Source of the DNA: Chlamydiales bacterium
GTDB taxonomy: Bacteria; Chlamydiota; Chlamydiia; Chlamydiales; JAAZZY01
Direction of reading: 5' to 3'
Assembly (NCBI GenBank): GCA_965206695.1
Contig: CBDBKM010000011.1
Location: 394,552-458,551, forward strand
Length of the DNA: 64,000 nt
Positions within the stretch are counted from its first letter, which is position 1; each line of letters starts with the position of its first letter. A program made the translations under genes and the position numbers. The notes under the pieces were generated by a model. The model ran no database searches. It worked only from the letters and a program-made list of their open reading frames with translations, and was not told the origin of the DNA. Below are positions 1 to 10,535 of the stretch, piece by piece.

Positions 1-842
1 CTCTGCAGAAGCATTTTCTTCTGTCAAAGCAATATAAGCATCGCTACGATAGGTTGAACAACCATTCGTAACGACAATATTTTTAAAATTAGCATCTCTT
101 TTTAATGAAGCTCGAATGATATCGAACTGCCAATTATCTGAATATGGATTGGCTGAATTGATAAACTCTACATTGGTATTAGATTCTAAAACAAAGTCAT
201 AATAGGCATTCTTCCAGAAGCTACCCATTGAATCTGAGTGCAGGGTTGAGACCAATTTTACAGAAGAATGTTTACTTGCAAAAAGATGAATTCTTGGCAT
301 GATCCGGATATTATGAGAACCCACAATATTAAGAATTTGGATGGGATTGTTAATCATTAGATTAGGTGGTAAATATAAAAATACTCCGCCTGTATGTATC
401 GCTCCATTTAATAATGCAAAGGGATTCGTCTCCCCTTTTAAAGACCGGTTCCAGTGATTCTGAATAAAAGCTCCATAGGTCCTAAGAGAAGAAGAAAGAT
501 TAGCGATAATGAATTCTTTAGGTAATGCTGATGTATCACTAAGATCATCTCTAAATTCACCATTCGCAAACACCAAGTGAGAATGCGTACAATCAGGTAA
601 TATATCATTCTGAATATCATCTTTAAGGATATCCATTCTCTTAGCTATATTATAATCCACATTGTACAATTGATTTAACCGTATGTATTGAAAAGCCTCA
701 TGCTTTTTTTGCGGTAGGCCTAAAGAGGTAAATCCTTCCCAAGATTGTTTTCTCATCTGATAAAATGGATCAGATTTAGAAAACCCGTTAAAATAGGTTT
801 CTTGTCTTTGTTGGAATTCGGTTTCTAAATTTAGCGAAAGCA

Positions 843-1604
843 TTATTCTATTTCCCCAAAAGAAGATTGCTCGACCCAATCATACCCTTTTTCTTCTAAG
901 GTCAAAGCCAATTGAGCATCCCCTGATTGAACAATTTTTCCACCAATCATAATATGCACTTTATCGGGTTGGATATAATCTAAAAGCCGTTGATAGTGCG
1001 TAATTAAAATAAGGCTCTTATCCTTATCTATTAGAGTCTTGATCCCTTCGGCTACAATACGTATAGCATCAATATCAAGCCCCGAATCCGTTTCGTCTAA
1101 AATAGCAATTTCAGGTTGAAAAATAGCCATTTGTAAGATTTCATTACGTTTTTTTTCTCCGCCTGAAAAGCCCTCATTAACACTTCTGGTTTTAAACTCT
1201 TTTCTCATTTTCATTACCTGCATTTTTTCATCAAGCAAGTCGGTAAAGGTCTTTCCATCTACCGTATCTTCTCCCTTTGCTTTTAAAAGGGCATTATAAG
1301 CTGAAAATAAAAACTGTTCATTGTTGACACCGGGAATTTCTAAAGGATATTGAAAGGTCATAAAAAGGCCTAAATGCATCCGCTCTTCAGGTTCTAACTC
1401 TAAAATATTTTGATCCTTATAAATAACGGTTCCATCTGTTACTTCATATGAAGGATGGCCTGCTAATACTTGAGCTAAAGTTGATTTCCCTGAACCATTT
1501 GGCCCCATAATTGCATGAATTTCTCCTTTTTTTACGGATAAATTCAATCCTTTAATAATCGGGGTGTCTTCAATAGCCACATGTAAATTCTTTATCGTAA
1601 TCAT
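843..1604 (-). CDS. sufC: Fe-S cluster assembly ATPase SufC
   Basis: 253 aa; Walker A GPNGSGKST, ABC signature LSGGEKKR, Walker B ILDE; directly downstream of sufB. Confidence 0.9.
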   Translation of the reverse strand: MITIKNLHVAIEDTPIIKGLNLSVKKGEIHAIMGPNGSGKSTLAQVLAGHPSYEVTDGTVIYKDQNILELEPEERMHLGLFMTFQYPLEIPGVNNEQFLFSAYNALLKAKGEDTVDGKTFTDLLDEKMQVMKMRKEFKTRSVNEGFSGGEKKRNEILQMAIFQPEIAILDETDSGLDIDAIRIVAEGIKTLIDKDKSLILITHYQRLLDYIQPDKVHIMIGGKIVQSGDAQLALTLEEKGYDWVEQSSFGEIE

Positions 1605-1626
1605 AAATAATTATTTATTCCTTTAT

Positions 1627-3066
1627 TTAACCCACAGAGTGTTCTAATTTAAGAGTTAAAAGTTTTTGTGCTTCTTGAGCGAACTCTAAGGGTAATTCTT
1701 TAATCACATCCTTGCAAAAACCATTAACGATCATATTTATTGCATCCTCTCTTGATATACCTCTTGATTGAAGATAAAAAAGTTGCTCTTCATTCATCTT
1801 CGAGGTTGAAGCTTCGTGCTCTACTTCACTTGAAGAATTATTCACTTCGATATATGGAAATGTATTGGCAGAACATTGATTGCCAACTAACATTGAGTCA
1901 CATTGAGTATAATTTCGTGAATCTTTTGCCCTTTTATTGATTTTAACAAGTCCACGATATGAATTCGCAGAATGATCCGCTGAAATGCCTTTAGAAATGA
2001 TTGTCGAATGAGTATTCTTGCCCATATGAATCATTTTTGTTCCGGTATCCGCTTGCATTGTGCCATTAGTTAAAGCAACAGAGAAAAATTCTCCTTTAGA
2101 ATAATCGCCTCTTAAAATACAGCTGGGATACTTCCATGTAATCGCAGCTCCGGCTTCTACTTGAGTCCAGGAAATTTTAGAGTAGTTACCTGCACAAAGT
2201 CCTCTTTTCGTTACAAAATTAAAAATACCACCCTTACCTGTTTTCGGATCTCCTGCATACCAATTTTGCACCGTAGAATATTTAATTTCAGCTTTCTCAT
2301 GCGCAACCAATTCCACAACAGCTGCATGTAACTGGTTTTTATCAAAAGCAGGAGCTGTACATCCTTCCAAATAACTGACATATGATCCTTCTTCAGCAAT
2401 AATCAAAGTTCTTTCAAATTGACCTGTCTCCCGTTCATTAATTCTGAAATAGGTAGATAATTCCATCGGACACATCACTCCTTTGGGTACATAAACAAAA
2501 GAACCGTCGGTAAAAACAGCCGAATTTAAAGTCGCATAAAAATTATCGCCGATAGGGACCACTGAGCCTAAATATTTTTCAATTAAATTAGGGTATTCTT
2601 TTACTGCCTCAGAAATAGAACATAAAACAACACCTGATTCTTTCAGTTTTTTTTGAAATGTCGTTCCAATAGATACTGAATCAAAAACCATATCTACAGC
2701 GACGTTGGTTAACCTTTTTTGTTCATTAACAGGAATACCCAATTTCTCAAAAGTCTTTAATATTTCGGGATCCACTTCTTCTAAAGAACCCAACTTGGGT
2801 TTATTTTTAGGCGCTGAATAGTAGCTGAAATTCTGATAATCGATTGCCTGATATGAAATATTCGGCCATCTTGGTTCAACAGACTGTAGCCATTTACGAT
2901 AAGCTTTAAGACGAAACTGCAGCATAAAATCCGGTTCTTCTTTCTTCGCTGAAATAGCGCGAATAACACCTTCATTTAATCCTTTAGCAAAAGTTTCTGT
3001 TTCAACTTTCGTTACAAAACCATACTTATATTCTTCTTTAGCCTCAAATGAGATGTCCTTATTCAT
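1627..3066 (-). CDS. sufB: Fe-S cluster assembly protein SufB
   Basis: 479 aa, SufB/SufD fold; conserved sufB-sufC pair. Confidence 0.9.
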   Translation of the reverse strand: MNKDISFEAKEEYKYGFVTKVETETFAKGLNEGVIRAISAKKEEPDFMLQFRLKAYRKWLQSVEPRWPNISYQAIDYQNFSYYSAPKNKPKLGSLEEVDPEILKTFEKLGIPVNEQKRLTNVAVDMVFDSVSIGTTFQKKLKESGVVLCSISEAVKEYPNLIEKYLGSVVPIGDNFYATLNSAVFTDGSFVYVPKGVMCPMELSTYFRINERETGQFERTLIIAEEGSYVSYLEGCTAPAFDKNQLHAAVVELVAHEKAEIKYSTVQNWYAGDPKTGKGGIFNFVTKRGLCAGNYSKISWTQVEAGAAITWKYPSCILRGDYSKGEFFSVALTNGTMQADTGTKMIHMGKNTHSTIISKGISADHSANSYRGLVKINKRAKDSRNYTQCDSMLVGNQCSANTFPYIEVNNSSSEVEHEASTSKMNEEQLFYLQSRGISREDAINMIVNGFCKDVIKELPLEFAQEAQKLLTLKLEHSVG

Positions 3067-3276
3067 TTTATTCTTTTAAATGCCTGATGATTGATTCAAA
3101 TTACTAAATTTTGAAAGCCACTATAGCACTTAATTTTTAAATGTTTCAATGTTTTTAAAACCAATTAGAATGAAACCAATACTTCAAAGGATTTTTTCAA
3201 ATTATTCCAATATTTGTGACGATTTTTTAATTGCCATAATTTCAAGTTTAAAGTTGATGAAAAGATCAAAAAAAAA

Positions 3277-3426
3277 CCTCTGCATAACTGACTTGATAAT
3301 ATTTTTTAAAACTCACTAATTATCTAAACTTATTTTTCATTTATTTTGATAAATTTTATAATAAGCAGGCTTTTTATTATGGGTGCAAGGCATCGCATAG
3401 GCACCAAGAATCGTTGCCGGAAATCC
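3277..3426. repeat. MITE-like repeat family B, uninterrupted copy (ends cctctgcataa)
   Basis: About 150 bp. Matches the reverse complement of 5687-5792 joined to 7426-7472, i.e. the empty site of the ISAs1 insertion in the second copy. Confidence 0.55.
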
Positions 3427-3914
3427 CTTATACAGAAGTCTTTGAATATATTTCATTTGTTAACAGTGCCATATAAGACAGTTATTTCGATAGGGCTACT
3501 GTTGTCATCCAAAAATAAGAAAATTAGGCAAAACTTAAACCCTAAAATATTAAATATGGGTAAACTATCCTAGATACAGGTCCCGCTATTTGGTAAAAAA
3601 CCGGGTTTTTCCTATTACAACGACTTGTTTGTGAATCGAATGCTTCTTAAGAAACTAATAATCAAATGTTAGAAGATCTATTAAAGAATGTATTAAGTAA
3701 AAGAATTCAAGCAAGCAACCTAAAAAAAGGCAAATGTATTAAAATTTTATGTTTAAAGACACTTTTCTCAATAAAGCCAACAAATCGCATAACTTTTTAA
3801 TAATCTGTAAATTACTTGTATTAAAATAGATGTAAGATTTTTTAATTTTCTTTATAAATGCTAAATAATTAGAAGTTATAATTCATTTTATTAATATAAA
3901 GTTATTAGGTATTT

Positions 3915-5468
3915 ATGTATTTAACAAATATTTTTGATAATTTCAGAAATCAAACCGTTCAAATAGAAAATAACACGTATGTAATTAGAAGATATAACGA
4001 CAGAATATGGGGAGTTCGAAAAGCAGATCGAAGTTTATTGAAATACGTTCCATTAATAAACAGGATTATAATAAACGGGAAAGAAAAAGTAATAAACGGG
4101 AAAGAAAAAGTAATAAACGGGAAAGAAAAAGTTGTGCTGCAAAATATCCTAAAACAACAAAAATTATTTGTTATATTTGTTATTCATACAAAAAAATTGG
4201 TTATCCAAAAAGCACGATGCTCTAACCCTTTAAATCAAGTATCTGCGGATAATTTTCAAAAAATAGGGCGTTATGAAATAAGAACGAAAAACTTTAAAGA
4301 ACTTATTAATCTACTAAATGCTCAAACGCAAAAAGGAATAGCAAGTAAAAAGCATAACGAAAAACCACTACCACTACATATAAAAAAAGATAAGAATTTA
4401 TTGAATGATGTTGATCTGCGTGGACAAAGTATAGAGGTACGGGTTAAAGATACTCAGATAGAGGCACGGGTTAAAGATACTCAGAGGTCGGTTACAAATA
4501 TTCAAAAAATGAGCGAGGGTATTCAGGAACTGAATCAAGAGGTCCTCTTGAAACGGCTTGAAGATATCCAGGAGCACAGTAACAATATCCGGAACCTGAT
4601 TATAAAGATCCAACTTCCGGTTAAAAAGGTTGAGGATCAATATATTAAGGAGCTGAATGACCATGTCAAAACACAGTTTCAAAAGACCCTGTATCTGCAT
4701 CAAGATTTCTCTTTGCTTGATCGATATATCGATAAGGTGAATGTAAATGTCCAAAAACTCAGTAAAAATATCAAGGATAACAATATCAAGGAGCTGAGTA
4801 TAAATATCCAAAAACAGATTCCGAGTATTCAAGAACAGATTAAGGATATCAAGGAGCTGATTATAGATATAGATGATCTCGAGAAGCTGACTAGAGATCT
4901 CGAGACTCAAGATATCGAGGAGCGCATTCAAACGATCCAAAATATCGAGAAGCAAACTCAAGCTATCCACAACATCGGTAAAGATATCCGGAATGGAGCT
5001 ATCAAGGTGTTGACTAAAGATATCGAAAAGCTGAGTATAAATGTTGAGAATCAAAATACGATTTCTGAGTCAGAGGCTACAGAAAAGCCGAAAACATTTA
5101 AGACAATAAATAAAAAGGACTTTGTAGGCGTAGTTCATAATGGCATGCTCATAGTTACTAACAAAAAAAATAAAACAGATTTAAAAGATTTTATAAAATC
5201 ACTCAAAGAAAATGAATATAAAACATTTAAAAATATGCCCTATTATAAAAACATAGCTATCATTCCAACAAAAAACTTACATGAAAACAACTGTTTCAAA
5301 TTTTCTTCAATGCAGCCTCAAGTTCAAATAACCGAATCCGAATATAGAACAGTAGAAGTCAACGGAATAGAAGAGCCTATTTCAGTAACCGCAGATGGAT
5401 TAGAGGCAGCTCAACGAAAATTATCCGAGACGGCGGCTAACGCGCTTAGAATCGCTGACTACGTCTAG
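3915..5468 (+). CDS. hypothetical coiled-coil protein with in-frame tandem repeats (INGKEKV x3, EVRVKDTQ x2, many IQ/KD heptad-like stretches)
   Basis: 517-aa ORF after an 840-bp AT-rich spacer. The last ~14 codons and stop lie inside a solo IS605-A right-end copy. The antisense ORF 4398..5054 is a low-complexity artefact. Confidence 0.5.
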   Translation: MYLTNIFDNFRNQTVQIENNTYVIRRYNDRIWGVRKADRSLLKYVPLINRIIINGKEKVINGKEKVINGKEKVVLQNILKQQKLFVIFVIHTKKLVIQKARCSNPLNQVSADNFQKIGRYEIRTKNFKELINLLNAQTQKGIASKKHNEKPLPLHIKKDKNLLNDVDLRGQSIEVRVKDTQIEARVKDTQRSVTNIQKMSEGIQELNQEVLLKRLEDIQEHSNNIRNLIIKIQLPVKKVEDQYIKELNDHVKTQFQKTLYLHQDFSLLDRYIDKVNVNVQKLSKNIKDNNIKELSINIQKQIPSIQEQIKDIKELIIDIDDLEKLTRDLETQDIEERIQTIQNIEKQTQAIHNIGKDIRNGAIKVLTKDIEKLSINVENQNTISESEATEKPKTFKTINKKDFVGVVHNGMLIVTNKKNKTDLKDFIKSLKENEYKTFKNMPYYKNIAIIPTKNLHENNCFKFSSMQPQVQITESEYRTVEVNGIEEPISVTADGLEAAQRKLSETAANALRIADYV

Positions 5469-5534
5469 CTACTTGCGTGTCCTGCAAGTTGTTTCTTCGC
5501 TGCGCCTTTTCCTGTTTCAACACATCCCTATCAT
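5426..5534 (-). repeat. orphan copy of the IS605-A right end (omega-RNA-like region), inverted
   Basis: Reverse complement is near-identical to 25567-25672, which directly follows the tnpB stop at 25561. Confidence 0.6.
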
Positions 5535-5869
5535 TCAGGGGTTTCGCGCAAAGCTATTAAACATTAGCCAAGGTATGCTTCCTATTTAAAGTGATTGCCG
5601 TTTTTATAATTTCCCAATCTTGCCGGTAAAAAGATACCTTATCTTTTATTCTTCGTTGCCATTTGTTTAACCAAGCATAAATAAGACCTCTGCATAAACG
5701 ATTCTTGGTGCCTATGCAATGCCTTGCACCCATAAAAAACTGCTTATTATAAAACTTATCAAAATAAATGAAAAATAAGTTTAGACAATTAGCAAGGCGA
5801 TTGCATATAAATTATTTTGACTAAGAGATAAGTTATTTGGCATGATGTTTTTCCAAAAGGAGATTTATC

Positions 5870-6163
5870 GTGACAATGTTACAAAGTTTACAAACTGCGT
5901 GTTCAAATATTAAAGATTTTCGAGTTGAGCGTAATAAGAACTATTCTCTTAATAGCATTATTTTTATAGTTTTATGTTCTGCTCTTGCCGGTATTGATGA
6001 TTGGGTAGGCATGGAAGATTACTGCGAAGCTAATTTTGATTTTTTAAAAAAGCATATTGATTTATCTGAAGGTGTTCCTTCTCACGATACGATTGGTCGT
6101 GTAATGAGTCGTATTGATTTCAATATACCCCTTATGAATCAAAGTGCCGATTCTAAGACTTGA
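5870..6163 (+). pseudogene. ISAs1-family (H-repeat-associated) transposase, N-terminal fragment
   Basis: Typical N-terminus of the family; truncated by the IS630 insertion at 6126. Confidence 0.65.
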
Positions 6164-7219
6164 AAATGATTATTGATTCGTTTCCTCATTGATTGAGCAA
6201 TAGAGGGCCAAGTATTTTCAAAAAATCCGGTAATCGATCTCCGAAATTCTTTAGCAGAATTAAAAAACCGATTATTGCGACAATATTCATTCATCACTTT
6301 CCATAATCGTTCAATGGGATTGAGGTTAGGACTGTAAGAAGGTAAATAATAGAGAATAATACCTTGTTTTTCTGCTTCTTGTTTGGTCTGAATACTTGTA
6401 TTATAAGGGCCTTGATCTAAAATAAGATGGATATTTGGAGCTGAGAGGTATTTTGACCGTAGCAAAGCAAAATGCTTTGCCATGGTACCGCTATTTAATG
6501 TTTCATAAGCATCTATTGTTACCTTCATACTGTTTAAATTGATAGACCCCATAAGATTCATTCGAGTACGAGAAGCTGTTGTTGCAATCAATTTATCTGT
6601 TCCCGGTCGAATCCAACCATAAGAAATTTTAGTTGCCATAGTTGGATGTACACCATCAGCAAATTCAACAGGCTCATTTTTAGGCAGAGATGCCATAAGC
6701 TTGGCGTAAAATTGCATCCAAGCTTTTTGTTGATCAGAATTTGCCTTAGCCGGTGTACCTTTAGGCTTTTTATAGGAAAAACCATGTGAGTGTAGCCAAG
6801 AAGTCATCCTTGAAATCGTATAAACAATGCCATATTTCGCGAGAACATAAGAACAGATATCTTCTACTTTGACATAGGTATGAGTTGTTAAATGTTTAAT
6901 GAATTCTTCTGACTGTGGCGCAAGAAGTTTACTGACTGAACCACCGCTTTCTACATGCAATTGCTGTTTATTTTGATATTCTTTAATGTGACGAGACACT
7001 GTTTCATCGTCTAAAAGCACAGCTTCAGCAATACGAGTATTACTCCAACCTTTATTCGACAATAGAACAGCCTTGATACGATCTCGTATACGACCATTCT
7101 TTTCTCGTTTATGTTGCTGTCTGAGATGCTTTTTTTCTGATAGTGTTAAGAATGAATTCATACAAAATAATTTACACTATACGAATACAAAATATCCGGA
7201 GTTTTATTCGTGATGAGTA
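6126..7219 (-). mobile_element. IS630-family IS, type 1, copy A (1094 bp, TA duplication)
   Basis: Ends taccccttatgaatcaaagtgccgat ... cgtgatgagta; flanking TA at 6124-6125 and 7220-7221; three copies in the window. Confidence 0.8.
6139..7161 (-). CDS. IS630-family transposase (340 aa, HTH + DDE, LPSYSPNLNPIE motif)
   Basis: Intact ORF; 99% identical to 16746..17768. Confidence 0.85.
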   Translation of the reverse strand: MNSFLTLSEKKHLRQQHKREKNGRIRDRIKAVLLSNKGWSNTRIAEAVLLDDETVSRHIKEYQNKQQLHVESGGSVSKLLAPQSEEFIKHLTTHTYVKVEDICSYVLAKYGIVYTISRMTSWLHSHGFSYKKPKGTPAKANSDQQKAWMQFYAKLMASLPKNEPVEFADGVHPTMATKISYGWIRPGTDKLIATTASRTRMNLMGSINLNSMKVTIDAYETLNSGTMAKHFALLRSKYLSAPNIHLILDQGPYNTSIQTKQEAEKQGIILYYLPSYSPNLNPIERLWKVMNEYCRNNRFFNSAKEFRRSITGFFENTWPSIAQSMRKRINNHFQVLESAL

Positions 7220-7410
7220 TAGATGTTACTTTTAATGAAGATAAGTCGCAAATTTACAAAGACAATGCTCCTAAAAATATGAATATCATTAGAAAGTGGG
7301 CTCTTAATTTAATCAATAAAACGAAAGGAAAGCTTAGCATTAGAAGAATGCAAAACCGAATGAAAATGACAGGATCTAGATTAGTAGAGATTTTAAACAA
7401 TAAAATTTAA
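7210..7410 (+). pseudogene. ISAs1-family transposase, C-terminal fragment
   Basis: Sequence DVTFNEDKSQIYKDNAPKNMNIIRKWALNLI... is identical to the C-terminus of the 36644..37138 copy. Confidence 0.65.
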
Positions 7411-7818
7411 ATGCAATCGCCCTGAGACAATTAGTGAGTTTTAAAAAATATTATCAAGTCAGTTATGCAGAAATCTTTAGTTGAGAGTAAAAAATCAACT
7501 AGCCATCATTACCGGAGCAAAGCGTAGCATAGGAAAAAGTATAGCCCAAGTCTTTGCAAAGTGAGTGGGGGATTATGTGTATACCGGGTGGGGCAGTTGG
7601 TATGTTACACCTTTGAAGATCCTATCGAAGCCGGAAAGCATGGGATTTGGTTGAAAACCGTACAAGTTTCCCTGCGGGAGTTTTTATTGTGAAAACCACT
7701 CTTTGTTCCTCCGGCAGCGATCATTGAATTAAAAATCCCTTCCCTTTAGAATTTGGAGACTGTCAAGAATTTCCATTTCCTCTACTTAAGTTATAAGAAA
7801 AGGAAATGGAATCATTGA

Positions 7819-10068
7819 TTACACCTGCATTTCATAAAATGAAAAATCAAAAAGGTTTCCAAAGTTATTTTTAAGTTTCGATTGCAAAGTAGTGGAATGA
7901 ATTCCTTTTATACGACCATCAATAGTCTTTAACATATTCATCATACGATAATAGCGCTGTCCTGCTACTAATCGCTCCCTGATAACCAGAGGCATCGCAA
8001 AAGTCATTGAATAGATTCTATTAATATCTTCCTCATAAAGTTTTCCTTTACTGAGAAGATTTAAAAAAGCATAAAATTGAGTTTGGACCGTTCCGCCAAT
8101 ATCAATACTGTCTTTACAAGTTAAACTAAATGAATTCACTTGAGTCAAGTCAATAATTTTTAATTCGATAAAGCAATAAGCAATATCGATAAATTCTTGT
8201 CTTTCTTTTACTGATAATACGTTTTTATTTGAAAAAAAGAAATGGTGTACTCCTTTAAATAATCCATCAATAAAGCCACCGGAAAATAAAAGATTAAAAA
8301 TCCATTTTGGAAAGTAAAACCCACAATCTTCACTCATCAAATGCTCTTTAAATTGTTCTATGAATAACTTGCTTTCATTTAAAGTATCATAGGGTGGATA
8401 TTGATGATAAAAATCTGAGTCATGATTGAGCGTCACTACATTCAGACTATCAGCAAATTCTGCAAATAACTGGGTCTGCTCCAAAGCATAACAACGTTTA
8501 AACTCTTTCCAGGAATTCCTATTTTGTAAATTAATAATTAAATGCTTATTTTTAGCCGATTCAAACTGAATTGCTTTTAAATAGGACTTAAACTCATCAG
8601 TAATTTCTACTTCTCGCACATTTTTCTGAAATGTAGGAGAAGGAAGACGTATACAACTGATATGGTTTTGGCCTATTTGCATTTTATAAAAGATACCGGG
8701 AAGATTCCATTGACTAAGTGTATCAAAAGCACGAGGTATCCCTTCTTCTAACGAATGCAGGGTATGATATAGGGGCCCATTTGGAAAATTTTGCATTATC
8801 CTGCTAAAAATGGCATAGTCTTCTTCGAATGTATCCCATATGCTTTTTTCTTTTTTTGCAGATTCTTTTATCGGCTTTCTTCCAAAAACAATTTTACCTT
8901 CTTCAAGAATTTCATCTAAATTATGTTTTAGATTCTTTATTTCAATCGCATGTTCAAACAAACTAATACTAAGTATTTGAATAATGTCTAAAATACTGTT
9001 TAGAAAACGATTCGATTTGGGAGGTGGATAACCATTTAGCTTAATATATTCATCTGTATGTATCCCTTCTCGTAAGTAATATTGAAAATCCTGAAAATAG
9101 TTTAAACAGCATTTACTATATTCATTTTTATAACAGTTTTTTGGATTAGCACACATCATCAAAGACATAACCGCTTTATTTATTGATGATACAACTCCCA
9201 TTTCTTTTAATTTCAAAGCTTCTTGATAAAACTCGCATAAATAAGGTTGGATGGATTTTAAGATGTGTTGCGCTGAATGACAAATGCTATTGTCATACCA
9301 TCTTTTCATTAAAATAATGGGATTTTCAGTTTTCTCCTTCCCGAGAAGTTCACTGAAACTACAAGCTAGTTTTAAATTTCGTATTAATGCCTTATTATAA
9401 AAAGGACTCCCATCCTCTTTTTCCATAAATAATAGTTCATAGTCATTATCATCTTTGATACTCTCTACCTCTAAAAAGGCTTGTTTTTCTTTTCTTAAGA
9501 TCAATGCCTCTGTTCCGGAATCTCTCTCTTCTTCTTCATTTTCTTTAGTAACTCTTTTAGCTAAGTCTATTAAATAAGGTCTTTTTCCTTCTTCCTCTAC
9601 AGCAACCCTTTCTCGATAAAAATTATCTAATTGCTTAAATTCCCTCGTCCTGGAAACTCCATGTTTATGAACACCTCTAAATAAATGGGTATAATTGTCT
9701 AATTTTTTTGAAGCTGTTCCAACGAGCTTCATTATTCTATGAATCCCTTTTTGATTCTTTTCTTCATAAAAACGAGTAAATTCTTTTTTATAGAAATCCT
9801 TTACATAATTTAAAACGGTTGAAAAAGTATCTTTGATTAATTCTTCTGTCTGTTTATCCCCTGCATCTGAAGTCCAATGAATACCGCTTTGTTCAAATTC
9901 CTCTATTTCCATTAATTCATCACCCGCTTGCACTACTATATGGTTGTCATCAGTAATACCAATATGATCTTCCTTATGCATGTCGGCTAAGCTCGTAAGG
10001 TTCTCCACGGCTTCCATAATGCTCATATCATGCTCTTGCGAGCTGTTATTATTCCTTTTATCTGACAT
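7819..10068 (-). CDS. hypothetical protein, 749 aa, no recognisable domain
   Basis: Long uninterrupted ORF with an acidic N-terminus; bordered by AT-rich spacers. Confidence 0.6.
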   Translation of the reverse strand: MSDKRNNNSSQEHDMSIMEAVENLTSLADMHKEDHIGITDDNHIVVQAGDELMEIEEFEQSGIHWTSDAGDKQTEELIKDTFSTVLNYVKDFYKKEFTRFYEEKNQKGIHRIMKLVGTASKKLDNYTHLFRGVHKHGVSRTREFKQLDNFYRERVAVEEEGKRPYLIDLAKRVTKENEEEERDSGTEALILRKEKQAFLEVESIKDDNDYELLFMEKEDGSPFYNKALIRNLKLACSFSELLGKEKTENPIILMKRWYDNSICHSAQHILKSIQPYLCEFYQEALKLKEMGVVSSINKAVMSLMMCANPKNCYKNEYSKCCLNYFQDFQYYLREGIHTDEYIKLNGYPPPKSNRFLNSILDIIQILSISLFEHAIEIKNLKHNLDEILEEGKIVFGRKPIKESAKKEKSIWDTFEEDYAIFSRIMQNFPNGPLYHTLHSLEEGIPRAFDTLSQWNLPGIFYKMQIGQNHISCIRLPSPTFQKNVREVEITDEFKSYLKAIQFESAKNKHLIINLQNRNSWKEFKRCYALEQTQLFAEFADSLNVVTLNHDSDFYHQYPPYDTLNESKLFIEQFKEHLMSEDCGFYFPKWIFNLLFSGGFIDGLFKGVHHFFFSNKNVLSVKERQEFIDIAYCFIELKIIDLTQVNSFSLTCKDSIDIGGTVQTQFYAFLNLLSKGKLYEEDINRIYSMTFAMPLVIRERLVAGQRYYRMMNMLKTIDGRIKGIHSTTLQSKLKNNFGNLFDFSFYEMQV

Positions 10069-10535
10069 AACGTACCTATTTGGGTTATTATATTTACTCC
10101 CCCTATTAGCTTATTTTACTAAAATTACAGATTAATAAAAATTAGAAAAACCTTTAAACTACTTAATTAAGAGATAAAGTTTTTTATTAATAATTAATAT
10201 TAATTAATCGCAATATCTGATATAATTAATTAAATTCTATTTTTTTAATAATTTGGTTATAAATCACTTACATCTTAATCTTCTATATTTTGGCTTTTTT
10301 CATTTTTAATCACTAATTTTTATTTTTTAACTAACTGATAATTAATTATTTAATTGTAAAAAAACTAAAAGATTTCTTAAGAAGCAAAGGTTGTAGCTTT
10401 TAAAAAAAGCCCGATCCTTAATGTCTATAATTAAATCTTTTAGATACATTAAAATGCATCTTATTAATTATTAATAATTTAGACAGTTTAAAAAATGCAA
10501 TAATTTGATTCCGACAGTTTTTTTAGACATTTTCA

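Larger units (their letters stand above)
5793..7425 (+). mobile_element. ISAs1-family IS remnant (internally deleted), 9-bp direct repeat gacaattag
   Basis: Terminal repeats ...ggcgattgcat / atgcaatcgcc.... Direct repeat at 5784-5792 and 7426-7434; the empty site at 3300-3335 has one mismatch. Transposase survives only as N- and C-terminal fragments. Confidence 0.6.
5687..7472. mobile_element. MITE family B copy 2 carrying a nested ISAs1 remnant and IS630 copy
   Basis: Ends cctctgcataaa / ttatgcagagg. Inverted relative to copy 1, so the two copies flank the CDS 3915..5468. Confidence 0.55.

Noticed and set aside
4398-5054. 218-aa ORF on the minus strand
   Set aside because: It is antisense to the repeat-rich coiled-coil ORF 3915..5468. 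Its low-complexity Leu/Ile-rich translation is typical of spurious antisense frames.
10069-10535. AT-rich spacer with many taattaat palindromes, considered as a possible small mobile element or RNA
   Set aside because: There are no terminal repeats, no direct repeats and no other copies in the window. It is consistent with a divergent promoter region between 7819..10068 and the aconitase gene.
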